DNA of 64,000 nucleotides from Eukaryota sp. TZLM1-RC (lineage: Eukaryota; Protista; Metamonada: BaSk clade): contig JAUPSS010000005.1 of the NCBI GenBank assembly GCA_040285825.1, positions 806,001-870,000 of the forward strand, written 5' to 3'. The notes below the pieces were generated by a model that was not told the origin of the DNA, searched no databases, and saw only the letters and a list, made by a program, of their open reading frames with translations. This document shows, piece by piece, positions 1-11,190 of this stretch (positions within the stretch are counted from its first letter, which is position 1; the number at the start of each line of letters is the position of its first letter). The translations under genes and the position numbers were made by a program.

Positions 1-1
1 A

Positions 2-1627
2 ATTTGTACTGGACAAAGCGAAACAGTAGAAGAAGATCATTATAGTGAAGTTACTGAACAAGATTTACCAGAAGAGATCAATCAATCAAATAGGCAAAAT
101 TTTGATGATATTTCAGTTGTTCATCCTGACAAAGAAGAAAGTATTGGGGATGAAGAGATCAATCAATCAAATAGGGAAAATTTTGATGATGTTTCAGTTG
201 TTCATCCTGACAAACAAGAAAGTATTGTGGATGAAGAGATCAATCAATCATATAGGGAAAATTTTGATGGCGAGAATGAGGAATCAAATGTTGAAAGTTC
301 AGTTTCAATTGAAATTGTTGGTTTAGCAAGAAGTTCTGGTGATGAGCAACCCACAGATATAGTCAACTCAGGTCAAGAAAGTCTTGAAGATTCTGAACAA
401 GATGAAAAATCTGATGTAGAGTTCTTTGATGATGAAAAGAATTTTGATGCCTCAACTGTGTTAGCAGTCCAATCACAAGAAGAGATCAATCAATCAGATA
501 GTGAAAATTTCAATGGAATTTTGAACACTGGTGTTCCTGAAGCAGTGCCTTCAATAGAAATTGTTGTAGATGAAAGTGATCAATTCGAAGAAAATCATGG
601 AGCAAACGATACATTAAATGATTTGATACACGAAGAAGAGATCACTTCCCAAAAATCTGGTGATAAATTTTCAAAAGAACACCTTGGTTCAATGGCTGAA
701 CAATTGAACATGGAAATTTCTGATTTGGAAGCTAACATTACTATTCAAAGTCAAGGAGTTGATACTAGTTCAATTTGTACTGGACAAAGCGAAACAGTAG
801 AAAAAGATCATTATAGTGAAGTTACTGAACAAGATTTACCAGAAGAGATCAATCAATCAAATAGGGAAAATTTTGATGATGTTTCAGTTGTTCATCCTGA
901 CAAACAAGAAAGTATTGTGGATGAAGAGATCAATCAATCAAATAGGGAAAATTTTGATGATGTTTCAGTTGTTCATCCTGACAAACAAGAAAGTATTGTG
1001 GATGAAGAGATCAATCAATCATATAGGGAAAATTTTGATGATGTTTCAGTTGTTCATCCTGACAAACAAGAAAGTATTGTGGATGAAGAGATCAATCAAT
1101 CATATAGGGAAAATTTTGATGATGTTTCAGTTGTTCATCCTGACAAACAAGAAAGTATTGTGGATGAAGAGATCAATCAATCATATAGGGAAAATTTTGA
1201 TGATGTTTCAGTTGTTCATCCTGACAAACAAGAAAGTATTGTGGATGAAGAGATCAATCAATCAAATAGGGAAAATTTTGATGATGTTTCAGTTGTTCAT
1301 CCTGACAAACAAGAAAGTATTGTGGATGAAGAGATCAATCAATCAAATAGGGAAAATTTTGATGATGTTTCAGTTGTTCATCCTGACAAACAAGAAAGTA
1401 TTGTGGATGAAGAGATCAATCAATCAAATAGGGAAAATTTTGATGGCGAGAATGAGGAATCAAGTAATGAATGCTCTGATCAATCTCACACAAAACAATC
1501 CTTGTTTATCAATGGTTCTTGTAGAAGCAAAGGAAACGGTTGTTCACAAAGTAAACATAAACCATCAAAAAGGTCTCAGCCTAAGAATAAAAAAGTCAAG
1601 TTTGGTGGAAAGAGGAAGAAGAAATAG
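2..1627 (+). CDS. 5'-partial host gene: acidic, repeat-rich low-complexity protein with a basic C-terminal tail
   Basis: The frame of ORF 227..1627 is open back to base 2 (ICTGQSETVEEDH...). It contains 27-aa repeats EEINQSNRENFDDVSVVHPDKQESIVD and ends ...KNKKVKFGGKRKKK-TAG. Confidence 0.75.
   Translation: MCTGQSETVEEDHYSEVTEQDLPEEINQSNRQNFDDISVVHPDKEESIGDEEINQSNRENFDDVSVVHPDKQESIVDEEINQSYRENFDGENEESNVESSVSIEIVGLARSSGDEQPTDIVNSGQESLEDSEQDEKSDVEFFDDEKNFDASTVLAVQSQEEINQSDSENFNGILNTGVPEAVPSIEIVVDESDQFEENHGANDTLNDLIHEEEITSQKSGDKFSKEHLGSMAEQLNMEISDLEANITIQSQGVDTSSICTGQSETVEKDHYSEVTEQDLPEEINQSNRENFDDVSVVHPDKQESIVDEEINQSNRENFDDVSVVHPDKQESIVDEEINQSYRENFDDVSVVHPDKQESIVDEEINQSYRENFDDVSVVHPDKQESIVDEEINQSYRENFDDVSVVHPDKQESIVDEEINQSNRENFDDVSVVHPDKQESIVDEEINQSNRENFDDVSVVHPDKQESIVDEEINQSNRENFDGENEESSNECSDQSHTKQSLFINGSCRSKGNGCSQSKHKPSKRSQPKNKKVKFGGKRKKK
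71..268 (+). repeat. Same 81-bp repeat, ~2.4 copies, part of a higher-order ~771-bp repeat
   Basis: Units start at 71, 152 and 233. The sequence aatttgtactggacaaagcgaaacag occurs at both 1 and 772. Confidence 0.9.
842..1445 (+). repeat. 81-bp coding tandem repeat, ~7.4 copies
   Basis: gaagagatcaatcaatca recurs at 842, 923, 1004, 1085, 1166, 1247, 1328 and 1409, with near-identical units. Confidence 0.95.
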
Positions 1628-1734
1628 GATCAACAGTGTGTATTGATATTTATCTACTTTTGGGTATTTAAATTTTCGTCATTAAGTGGTCATTTTAATT
1701 TATAAAGTCTATTTTTTGTTTTGTGTTGTATAGT

Positions 1735-2141
1735 CAACTCGGTTTGCGTCATGCTCCGAATTGTTCTAAATTGATAACTTCTCGTTCTTCATTACATGAC
1801 GCTGTTACAGACACTGTTTTCAATATGGCATAAACTGCAAGAATTTCGTGTATCAAAGAGCCCCTGCTCTTAAATGGAAGATTATCAGATGAAGCTGATA
1901 CTGTTTTGAATGACTTCTAAAAAATGGTTAAAGAAAAAACCATGAAAAGATTTGATATTTTTTATGGCGTTCTCGCATTAAATTTGCCATTATCAATAGA
2001 TTACCTCGGTTTTTCAATCGAATAAGAGAAGCTTTAGCTAGGCAGCAAGCAGATCAAGTTTTTGTAGAGCAAATCTTGGTTCAATGATAGTCGTCCCATT
2101 AGTTATGAGTTAATTTAATTAAGTGTGCAAGTTCAATAAAT
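1735..2141 (+). mobile_element. Degenerate 3' relic of family D with an internal deletion
   Basis: Matches D at 48970-49640 with many substitutions and stops, has a deletion after cccctgct (~1869), and ends ...gtgtgcaagttcaataaat. Confidence 0.85.
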
Positions 2142-2446
2142 ATAGTTGTTTTGTTGAAATCTTATCTTTTTTTATTATCTTTTTATAACATTGTCATAAC
2201 AATTTATAGCATTTATATTTCCGTTATGTACCGCAATTTTGAGCTATTAGTGATTTATTAGGGTGTGACAGCATGATATCTTGTGCTTTACGGTATCGAC
2301 AAATTAGCTGCTTTAAGCATTTCAAATGTCAACTTTCCAGACAATAGAATGTTAATTAGTTATTCTGGTGGCAATAATTGACATACTAAGAATTAGAAAT
2401 AATTTGGAATGGTTTCTGAAATATTTTGTGTTTGGTGACGATTGAG

Positions 2447-2583
2447 GGCCTTTAAAACTATTTGAATTCAATTAAGAAAGAGCTTAAAGTCATTAAGACC
2501 CTTGATTTGTAAAACATCTTGAATTATTTCTTTTGAAAAGTTGTTATTCTGGAAAAAGTACCCATTTGCTTCGATCGTTACCT
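2447..2583 (+). mobile_element. Degenerate family B relic
   Basis: Diverged match to the B segment encoding LENYLNSIKKELEVIKTL...KICYAGK. Confidence 0.7.
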
Positions 2584-2588
2584 TTAAA

Positions 2589-3056
2589 TATTTTTTTTCT
2601 TCCCCCCAGCATCGAAGTTCCTTCCTCTCCATCATGATTGTTGAAAATTTCCTTTTTCACGGTCCAGGTCCTCCTATTGCTTTCTTACCCATTATACCAT
2701 ACTGTTCTATGCTGTCTCCCCCTTCTTTGTTGACTCTACTGAATGTTTTTCCACTTATAACACTATCCTTTGAAACATCCATTTGAAGACAAATTAGTTC
2801 TCTTCTCACAAGATTTTTGTTTCTTGTTCAGTTCGACTTGACCATCAGTAGATGTTCCCATTTTTCTTCTCATGAAAAGCTTGTTGTCGCCTTTAAACCG
2901 CTTTTGGAGCTTTTCAAACGGCCGCTTAGTTTTGGAAATAGAGAATTTGTGATCTTTTTACAGAAGGTTTCGTCAGTTGTTCTTGAGATAGAATTCTCAC
3001 TTTTCATATTGGTTGTTGTTGCTGATTCAAACAATCGTATGTGTGATAAAAAGCCC
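2589..3056. repeat. Unidentified ~470-bp repeat G, copy 1
   Basis: Runs from attttttttcttccccccagc to gataaaaagccc. Further copies at 5261-7230 (split) and 9053-9335 (partial). No long ORF on either strand. Confidence 0.8.
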
Positions 3057-3141
3057 TTTTTATAGGTTTTATGGTAGTTGTTGTTGCTGATTCAAACAAT
3101 CGTATGTGTGATAAAAAGCCCTTTTTATAGGTTTTATGGTA
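3012..3141 (+). repeat. 65-bp tandem duplication spanning the G/B junction
   Basis: gttgttgttgctgattc...ttttatggta occurs at 3012 and 3077. Confidence 0.9.
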
Positions 3142-5260
3142 ATTCGTCTGACTTAATTTTTAATTCCTTTAATCTTGATTCTTTATCAGGAGTTAAACAA
3201 GGAGACCCTTTAGGTCCTTTCTTTTTTTGTCTTGCGATTCACCCAATTTGGAAAAAATTAAAAGAAGAAAATTCTGACCTTCAAGTGGTAGCCTATATGG
3301 ATGACATTTCTTGTATTGGTCCAGAAAATACAATCAATAAAGTTGCTAATGAAACTGCTACATTATACCAATCCATAGGTTTTGAGTTGAACGTAGAAAA
3401 ATGTTTTTGTATTTCTTTTTTTAGACGACTTTTTATTTATTTTAACAGAAATGTTAAAAACTAAAAATCTATTTTCTCAAACTCCACATCTACCATTGAA
3501 AATTTACCTTCAACCTTTCCTTCATAATATCTTCCTAGTGATAACAACGAGCTAGAAACATGGTTATGCATCCCCTTAAAAATAAAAATACAATTCTATT
3601 TTGCCAAAAGGTTCGGTCCAATATTCTTCCAGTTCTATTTTTGACAATAGTAGAGAAATCATCTAGAAATGATAAAGCGGTTTTACCCAAGGTTCCAAAT
3701 AAAGAAAAAGCAAAAGGACAAAGAAGGTATTGAGTATGTCAGTTGGAATTCAGATTATTGATTTTTTCCGTGTACTTGATAATTTTCGCTTTTTCAGCTC
3801 TACGTAAAGGTGAATTATAAGATTGTGCCAGTTTTTCATTTGAGCTGTTTGATACATCAGTAGATCTGACATCAATAATAATCATTGATCCATCAGGACC
3901 GGGAACTAGCACATCACCACGGCTGTCACCAAAAGAATTTTGTCAGATTCATCAGCCAGATTTGAAAGCAAAGGTTCTAAAAAAGATTCAATCCGGTAGG
4001 ACTTAAACAAACAATAGAGCTGATCACGAACTGCATCATGTTCTTTTGATCTAAAAGTAATAAATCGATTACAATTAAATAAATGGGTTGGAGTGACAGA
4101 CTTTCCACATTTACAAATTAATCCATGAGGAAGATTATCAGGCCAAATAAAAGATCGAAGACGCATAGATAACAAAAAGCAAGGGTCATTTGTATTTCTA
4201 GAAACAATGTTAAGTTAATAATTAATTCCCTTGAAGTTCCATTAATTGATTATACTTCCACTAGTTTCTGCTTTCTTGGTTGCTATTTAGGTTCTGCCGA
4301 AAAGATAGCCTTGAAAACTATTTAAGTTCAATTAAAAAAGAGCTTGAAGTCATAAAGACCCTCGATTTGGAAAAACATCTTAAGTTTTTTCTTTGGAAAA
4401 TATGTTATGCTGGAAAAATTACTCATTTACTCATTTCAATACCTCCATCCCTAATTTACAATTTTTGTAGACAATATAACAAAATACGTACAGATTTTTT
4501 GGCTTATTTAATGTCTGTTGATCCATCAATTTTGAAAAATCATATTTTTTCTGATGTTCAACTTGGCGGTGTTGGTTTCAATTCATCAAAGTGTTTGACC
4601 AAAGCTGCATTTATTGGTAGTGAAAAATATTTTGTATTTGAATTGTTTAGAAGATATCCTTTTGCCGAAAATCTTCTTGAAACTACAAATAGCCTATTCC
4701 TTGATAACTTAAGAGAAGAAGTATCCAGTTTATCTCCCAACTTATGGCAATCATGTTTCCCCATATCCATTCAAGAAATTCCAGACAAAAGTTTGTATTC
4801 TTTAAAATTTGCGTTGAAAAAGCTCCAATGACATCTTTTGAAAAAATTTGAAAGCAAGAATTTTATTGTTCGACTTAGCACGGCTAAGAAGGAAAATTAT
4901 GCTTTTGCAAATTTTTTAATTGATTTGAAGGATAGTTCATCTACAATGTTGTTGAATCAAATTCCCCAGATTTATGGCCTATTTTTAAATGACGACCAAT
5001 GGACTACTGCAATGAGAATGCGTCGTTATTTGTGGCCTTGTAATTTGCCCAATGATTTGTTTTTGCAAATATGGAGCTGGTTTGACATTATCACAATTAT
5101 TCAATTGCAAAAGATTAATTTCTTATCGTTCTACTTTGCATGATGCAGTCAGAGATCAAATCCATGCAATGTGTAATTTCTATCATATTGAATCATTTGT
5201 AGAACCATTGTTGAGGTCACTTGAAATAAATGGAAACGTAAGAGATTCAGAATATGGAAA
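3122..5260 (+). mobile_element. Older, diverged family B fragment (RT to start of RLE), interrupted by F
   Basis: Encodes QGDPLGP, YMDD and HDAVRDQ, with a nonsense stop at ~4831 and frameshifts. Confidence 0.9.
3417..4188 (-). mobile_element. Family F, 5'-truncated 3' fragment (zinc motif and RLE)
   Basis: Encodes CKCGKSVTPTHLFNC...HDAVRDQ and ends ...DVEFEKIDF-TAG (stop 3461-3463). A-rich tail. TSD tttgtatttct at 3406-3416 and 4189-4199. Confidence 0.85.
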
Positions 5261-7230
5261 TATTTTTTTTCTTCCCCCCAGCATCGAAGTTCCTTCCTCT
5301 CCATCATGATTGTTCCATCATGATTGAAAACCTCCTTTTTCACGGTCCAGGCCCTCCTATTGCTTTCTTACCCATTATACCATACTGTTCTATGTTGTCT
5401 CCCCCTTCTTTGTTGACTCTACTGAATGTTTTTCCACTGATAACACTATCCTTTGAAACATCCATTTTTTTTAAAATTTAATTTTATTCTAAACCTATAA
5501 ATCAACATCTAAAAAATCCATCTCTCCTAAAACAAAAACACTAGATGCAACTCTCTCATAGTGAGATCCAAGAGAAAGCAAAGCATCAGAAACCATCTTC
5601 AACATCCCCTTAAAAATAGAAAACACAATTCTATTTTGCCAAAACAATCTGTTGAAATTTCTGCCAGTTCTTCTCTTTACAATCATTTCAAAATCATCCA
5701 AAAAACGTAAAGCAGTTGGTGCAAGTGAACCAAAAAGGGAAAATACAAATGGATACAAATTGTATTTTGCATGCTGTAGACTGGCCAATTTGGACAAAGG
5801 TTCATTGTATTTTTTGAATTTAAAATTTTCAGCATTTGAAAGGGGATTATGAATTTCAGAATTAACAAGCCTTTCATTTGAGGCATTACAAGGATCAACA
5901 GACATTACATCCAATAAAATGAAGCTTCCATCTAATCCAGGTAAAATGACATCACCTCTATTATTCTTATGAAAATCATTTTCAGCATCAAACAGATTTG
6001 ACAACAAAGGTTCCAAGAAGGATTCAATTCTTCGAGATTTACACATACAATATAACTGGTCTCTTACAGCATCATGAACCTTGCTTCTAAAAGTAATAAA
6101 ATGTTTACAATTTAACAAATGAGTAGTTGTAATTTCTCGAGAACATTTACAAATTAAATTATGAGGTAAATTATCAGGCCAGATAAAGGAACGAAATCTC
6201 ATATTCAGAGTCCAAGCAGAATCGGATAAGAGAGTACCATAAACTTGTGGAATTGTTGTTACTAAGGCAGAAGAAGTACTGTCACACATATCTTGTAAAA
6301 GATTTGCAAAAGCGGGATTCTTTTTCTTGGCCAAGCCAAGTCTAACATCAAAATCCAAGCTTTCAAAAATCTTTGAAAATTTTTGTTGAAGCTTTTTACA
6401 GCAAAACTGTAAATTAAATAGAGATCGGTTTGGAATTTCTTGAATTGATTGAGGAAAACATTTGGTCCAAATTTGTGGCGGTAATTTTTCAAGTTCACAA
6501 GATAACTCATACAAATAGGGACTACAATTGGGGACTAACAGATGAGAATCATCAGGAAATCTACGAGAAAATTCATAAATAAAATTTTGCCACCACCCAA
6601 GAATGCTGATTGACACAAAATTGAAGATTTAGTAAAACCAATACCACCCAAATTTGCTGAAGAAAATAAATGGCTTTTTCAACATTCCTGGTTCTACATC
6701 CATTAAATCAGCAAAAAAATTCTGTTCTCAATGAATTAAAAGAACGACAAAAATCTAATGCTATGGAAGGAGCACAAGATCTCAAAATGTGGGTTATTCT
6801 CCCAGTGTAGCAAATTTTAAGCATGAAAAATTTAATATGCTTTTCTATATCTAAAGAAGAAATTGAATCAAGTTCAATTTTCATTTTTTCCAAAATAACT
6901 TGCAATTCATTCTGAATTTGAGGCACATTACCTAACCAACAACCAAGAACATCCATTTGAAGACAAATTAGTTCTCTTCTCACAAGATTTTTGTTTCTTG
7001 TTCAATTCCACTTGACCATCAGTAGATGTTCCCATTTTTCTTCTCATGAAAAGCTTGTTGTCGCCTTTAAACCGCTTTTGGAGCTTCTCAAACGGCCGCT
7101 TAGTTTTGGAAATAGAGAATTTGTGATTTTTTTACAGAAGGTTTCGTCAGTTGTTCTTGAGATAGAATTCTCACTTTTCATATTGGATGTTGTTGCTGAT
7201 TCAAACAATCGTATGTGTGATAAAAAGCCC
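5261..7230. repeat. Repeat G copy 2, split by a family A insertion
   Basis: Halves at 5261-5467 and 6948-7230 rejoin to match copy 1. Confidence 0.8.
5468..6947 (-). mobile_element. Family A, 5'-truncated
   Basis: ORF 5495-6616 ends MDFLDVDL, followed by oligo(A). TSD aacatccattt at 5457-5467 and 6948-6958. Confidence 0.95.
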
Positions 7231-7565
7231 TTTTTATAGGTTTTTATGGTAATTCGTCTGACTTAATTTTTAATTCCTTTAATCTTGATTCTTTATCAAA
7301 AAGTTAAACAAGGAGACCCTTTAGGTCCTTTCTTTTTTTGTCTTGCGATTCACCCAATTTGGAAAAAATTAAAAGAAGAAAATTCTGACCTTCAAGTGGT
7401 AGCCTATATGGATGACATTTCTTGTATTGGTCCAGAAAATACAATCAATAGAGTTGCTAATGAAACTGCTACATTATACCAATCCATAGGTTTTGAGTTG
7501 AACGTAGAAAAATGTTTTTGTATTTCTAGAAAAAAATGTTAAGTTAATAATTAATTCCCTTGAAG
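7231..7565 (+). mobile_element. Family B RT fragment
   Basis: Encodes QGDPLGPFFF and YMDD. Duplicated at 9336-9667. Confidence 0.9.
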
Positions 7566-7566
7566 A

Positions 7567-9052
7567 TTTTTTTTTAAAAATTTAATTTTATTCTAAACCT
7601 ATAAATCAACATCTAAAAAATCCATCTCTCCTAAAACAAAAACACTAGATGCAACTCTCTCATAGTGAGATCCAAGAGAAAGCAAAGCATCAGAAACCAT
7701 CTTCAACATCCCCTTAAAAATAGAAAACACAATTCTATTTTGCCAAAACAATCTGTTGAAATTTCTGCCAGTTCTTCTCTTTACAATCATTTCAAAATCA
7801 TCCAAAAAACGTAAAGCAGTTGGTGCAAGTGAACCAAAAAGGGAAAATACAAATGGATACAAATTGTATTTTGCATGCTGTAGACTGGCAAATTTGGACA
7901 AAGGTTCAGTGTATTTTTTGAATTTAAAATTTTCAGCATTTGAAAGGGGATTATGAATTTCAGAATTAGCAAGCCTTTCATTTGAGGCATTACAAGGATC
8001 AACAGACATTACATCCAATAAAATGAAGCTTCCATCTAATCCAGGTAAAATGACATCACCTCTATTATTCTTATGAAAATTATTTTCAGCATCAAACAGA
8101 TTTGACAACAAAGGTTCCAAGAAGGATTCAATTCTTCGAGATTTACACATACAATATAAATGGTCTCTTACAGCATCATGAACCTTGCTTCTAAAAGTAA
8201 TAAAATGTTTACAATTTAACAAATGAGTAGTTGTAATTTCTCGAGAACATTTACAAATTAAATTATGAGGTAAATTATCAGGCCAGATAAAGGAACGAAA
8301 TCTCATATTCAGAGTCCAAGCAGAATCGGATAAGAGAGTACCATAAACTTGTGGAATTGTTGTTACTAAGGCAGAAGAAGTACTGTCACACATATCTTGT
8401 AAAAGATTTGCAAAAGCGGGATTCTTTTTTTCTTGGCCAAGCCAAGTCTAACATCAAAATCCAAGCTTTCAAAAATCTTTGAAAATTTTTGTTGAAGCTT
8501 TTTACAGCAAAACTGTAAATTAAATAGAGATCGGTTTGGAATTTCTTGAATTGATTGAGGAAAACATTTGGTCCAAATTTGTGGCGGTAATTTTTCAAGT
8601 TCACAAGATAACTCATACAAATAGGGACTACAATTGGGGACTAACAGATGAGAATCATCAGGAAATCTACGAGAAAATTCATAAATAAAATTTTTGCCAC
8701 CACCCAAGAATGCTGATTGACACAAAATTGAAGATTTAGTAAAACCAATACCACCCAAATTTGCTGAAGAAAATAAATGGCTTTTCAACATTCCTGGTTC
8801 TACATCCATTAAATCAGCAAAAAATTCTGTTCTCAATGAATTAAAAGAACGACAAAAATCTAATGCTATGGAAGGAGCACAAGATCTCAAAATGTGGGTT
8901 ATTCTCCCAGTGTAGCAAATTTTAAGCTTGAAAAATTTAATATGCTTTTCTATATCTAAAGAAGAAATTGAATCAAGTTCAATTTTCATTTTTTCCAAAA
9001 TAACTTGCAATTCATTCTGAATTTGAGGCACATTACCTAACCAACAACCAAG
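7567..9052 (-). mobile_element. Family A, 5'-truncated, recombinant copy
   Basis: Shares its 5' junction with 5468-6947 and its 3' junction and SNPs with 9669-10223. Confidence 0.9.
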
Positions 9053-9667
9053 AACATCCATTTGAAGACAAATTAGTTCTCTTCTCACAAGATTTTTGTT
9101 TCTTGTTCAATTCCACTTGACCATCAGTAGATGTTCCCATTTTTCTTCTCATGAAAAGCTTGTTGTCGCCTTTAAACCGCTTTTGGAGCTTCTCAAACGG
9201 CCGCTTAGTTTTGGAAATAGAGAATTTGTGATCTTTTTACAGAAGGTTTCGTCAGTTGTTCTTGAGATAGAATTCTCACTTTTCATATTGGATGTTGTTG
9301 CTGATTCAAACAATCGTATGTGTGATAAAAAGCCCTTTTTATAGGTTTTATGGTAATTCGTCTGACTTAATTTTTAATTCCTTTAATCTTGATTCTTTAT
9401 CAAAAGTTAAACAAGGAGACCCTTTAGGTCCTTTCTTTTTTTGTCTTGCGATTCACCCAATTTGGAAAAAATTAAAAGAAGAAAATTCTGACCTTCAAGT
9501 GGTAGCCTATATGGATGACATTTCTTGTATTGGTCCAGAAAATACAATCAATAGAGTTGCTAATGAAACTGCTACATTATACCAATCCATAGGTTTTGAG
9601 TTGAACGTAGAAAAATGTTTTTGTATTTCTAGAAAAAATGTTAAGTTAATAATTAATTCCCTTGAAG
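9053..9667 (+). repeat. Duplicated G half plus B fragment (second ~2.1-kb tandem unit)
   Basis: Near-identical to 6948-7565. Confidence 0.9.
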
Positions 9668-9668
9668 A

Positions 9669-10223
9669 TTTTTTTTTTAAAATTTAATTTTATTCTAAAC
9701 CTATAAATCAACATCTAAAAAATCCATCTCTCGTAAAACAAAAACACTAGATGCAACTCTCTCATAGTGAGATCCAAGAGAAAGCAAAGCATCAGAAACC
9801 ATCTTCAACATCCCCTTAAAAATAGAAAACACAATTCTATTTTGCCAAAACAATCTGTTGAAATTTCTGCCAGTTCTTCTCTTTACAATCATTTCAAAAT
9901 CATCCAAAAAACGTAAAGCAGTTGGTGCAAGTGAACCAAAAAGGGAAAATACAAATGGATACAAATTGTATTTTGCATGCTGTAGACTGGCAAATTTGGA
10001 CAAAGGTTCAGTGTATTTTTTGAATTTAAAATTTTCAGCATTTGAAAGGGGATTATGAATTTCAGAATTAGCAAGCCTTTCATTTGAGGCATTACAAGGA
10101 TCAACAGACATTACATCCAATAAAATGAAGCTTCCATCTAATCCAGGTAATATGACATCACCTCTATTATTCTTATGAAAATCATTTTCAGCATCAAACA
10201 GATTTGACAACAAAGGTTCCAAG
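9669..10223 (-). mobile_element. Family A 3' fragment
   Basis: ORF 9701-10222 covers the RLE through DVDL and joins directly to A in the opposite orientation. Confidence 0.9.
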
Positions 10224-10388
10224 AATTGCTGATGATCTAGCCCACTATTTTCAACAATTGATTGTTTTGAAAATTAATCCTCCATTTGAATTACTCGCAG
10301 CACGTCTGATTGCTTTAGTAAAGCCTGGAAACGGAATCAAACCTGATGGAATACGCCCAATTGCTGTTGGTGAATCTCTTTCTCGTTT

Positions 10389-11190
10389 CCCCAGATTTAT
10401 GGTCTATTTTTGAATGACGACCAATGGACCACTGCTATGAGAATGCGTTGTTATTTATGGCCTTGTAATTTGCCCAATGATTTGTTTTGTAAATGTGGAG
10501 CTGGTTTGACATTATCACATTTATTTAATTGTAATAGATATATTTCCTATCGTTCTACGTTGCATGATGCAGTCAGAGATCAAATCCATGCAATGTGTAA
10601 TTCCTATCATATTGAATCTTTTGTAGAACCTTTGTTGAGGTCTCTTGATATAAATGAAAGTGTAAGAGATTCAGAATATGGAAAACGACGTGCTGATGTT
10701 GTTGTGCCCTCGTTTGATGATGTCATGAATGTTGTTGATGTCGTAACAGTGGATGTTTGCAAGAAAAATGCCTTGAAAAATGCTCATTCCGAAGTATCCC
10801 CCCTTGATGACTCCGAATTGTACAAACGGAAAAAGTATGCAAATCCTTTAAAAGAATTGAAACATGTTCGCCATGTAGATTACCAAATTTGCCCATTTGC
10901 TATATCGTTGTATGGTCGTCTTGGAAAAACTGCTTTGAATTTTATTGATGATTTTGAAAATCTTGTGAAAAAAAGAATGAATAAGCGTTTTGATCGTCGG
11001 TTGTGGCTAAATCGTATTGTTTTTACTATTTTCAAATCAATTCCTAAAATGATTTCGAAAGCTTTAATGTCTGTCAGTGCACATTATGAAAACATTGTTG
11101 CTGTAAGGTTTGATGGTGTGGAAGCTTGTTTTGAAGAAATTGACTTTTAGACTGTGGTTTTGAAAATAAATTAAAATTAAATTAAAAATT
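10389..11190 (+). mobile_element. Family B, 5'-truncated, inserted in A
   Basis: ORF 10410-11150 ends FEEIDF. TSD tttctcgttt at 10379-10388 and 11191-11200. Confidence 0.95.

Noticed and set aside
842-1445. Possible CRISPR array
   Set aside because: The 81-bp units are contiguous, have no unique spacers, and lie in frame in a CDS.
816-1646. Alternative-frame ORFs 816..1646 and 45..326
   Set aside because: They are shadows of the stop-free 81-bp repeat. The acidic frame is open throughout, including the unique sequence.
2145-2446. Possible very old RT remnant on the minus strand (SGKLTFEMLKAA, resembling SGITFDMLKS)
   Set aside because: The match is too short to support without a profile search.
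2825-2845. Pol III B-box-like gttcga in repeat G
   Set aside because: It is an incomplete match and is not conserved in the other G copies (attcca).
5652-5898. Recurrent 60-100-aa ORFs (MKFLPVLLF..., MILVMPQ..., MSYLVNL..., MDMGKHD...)
   Set aside because: They are antisense or off-frame ORFs that recur only because the element is repeated, and they are not shared between families.
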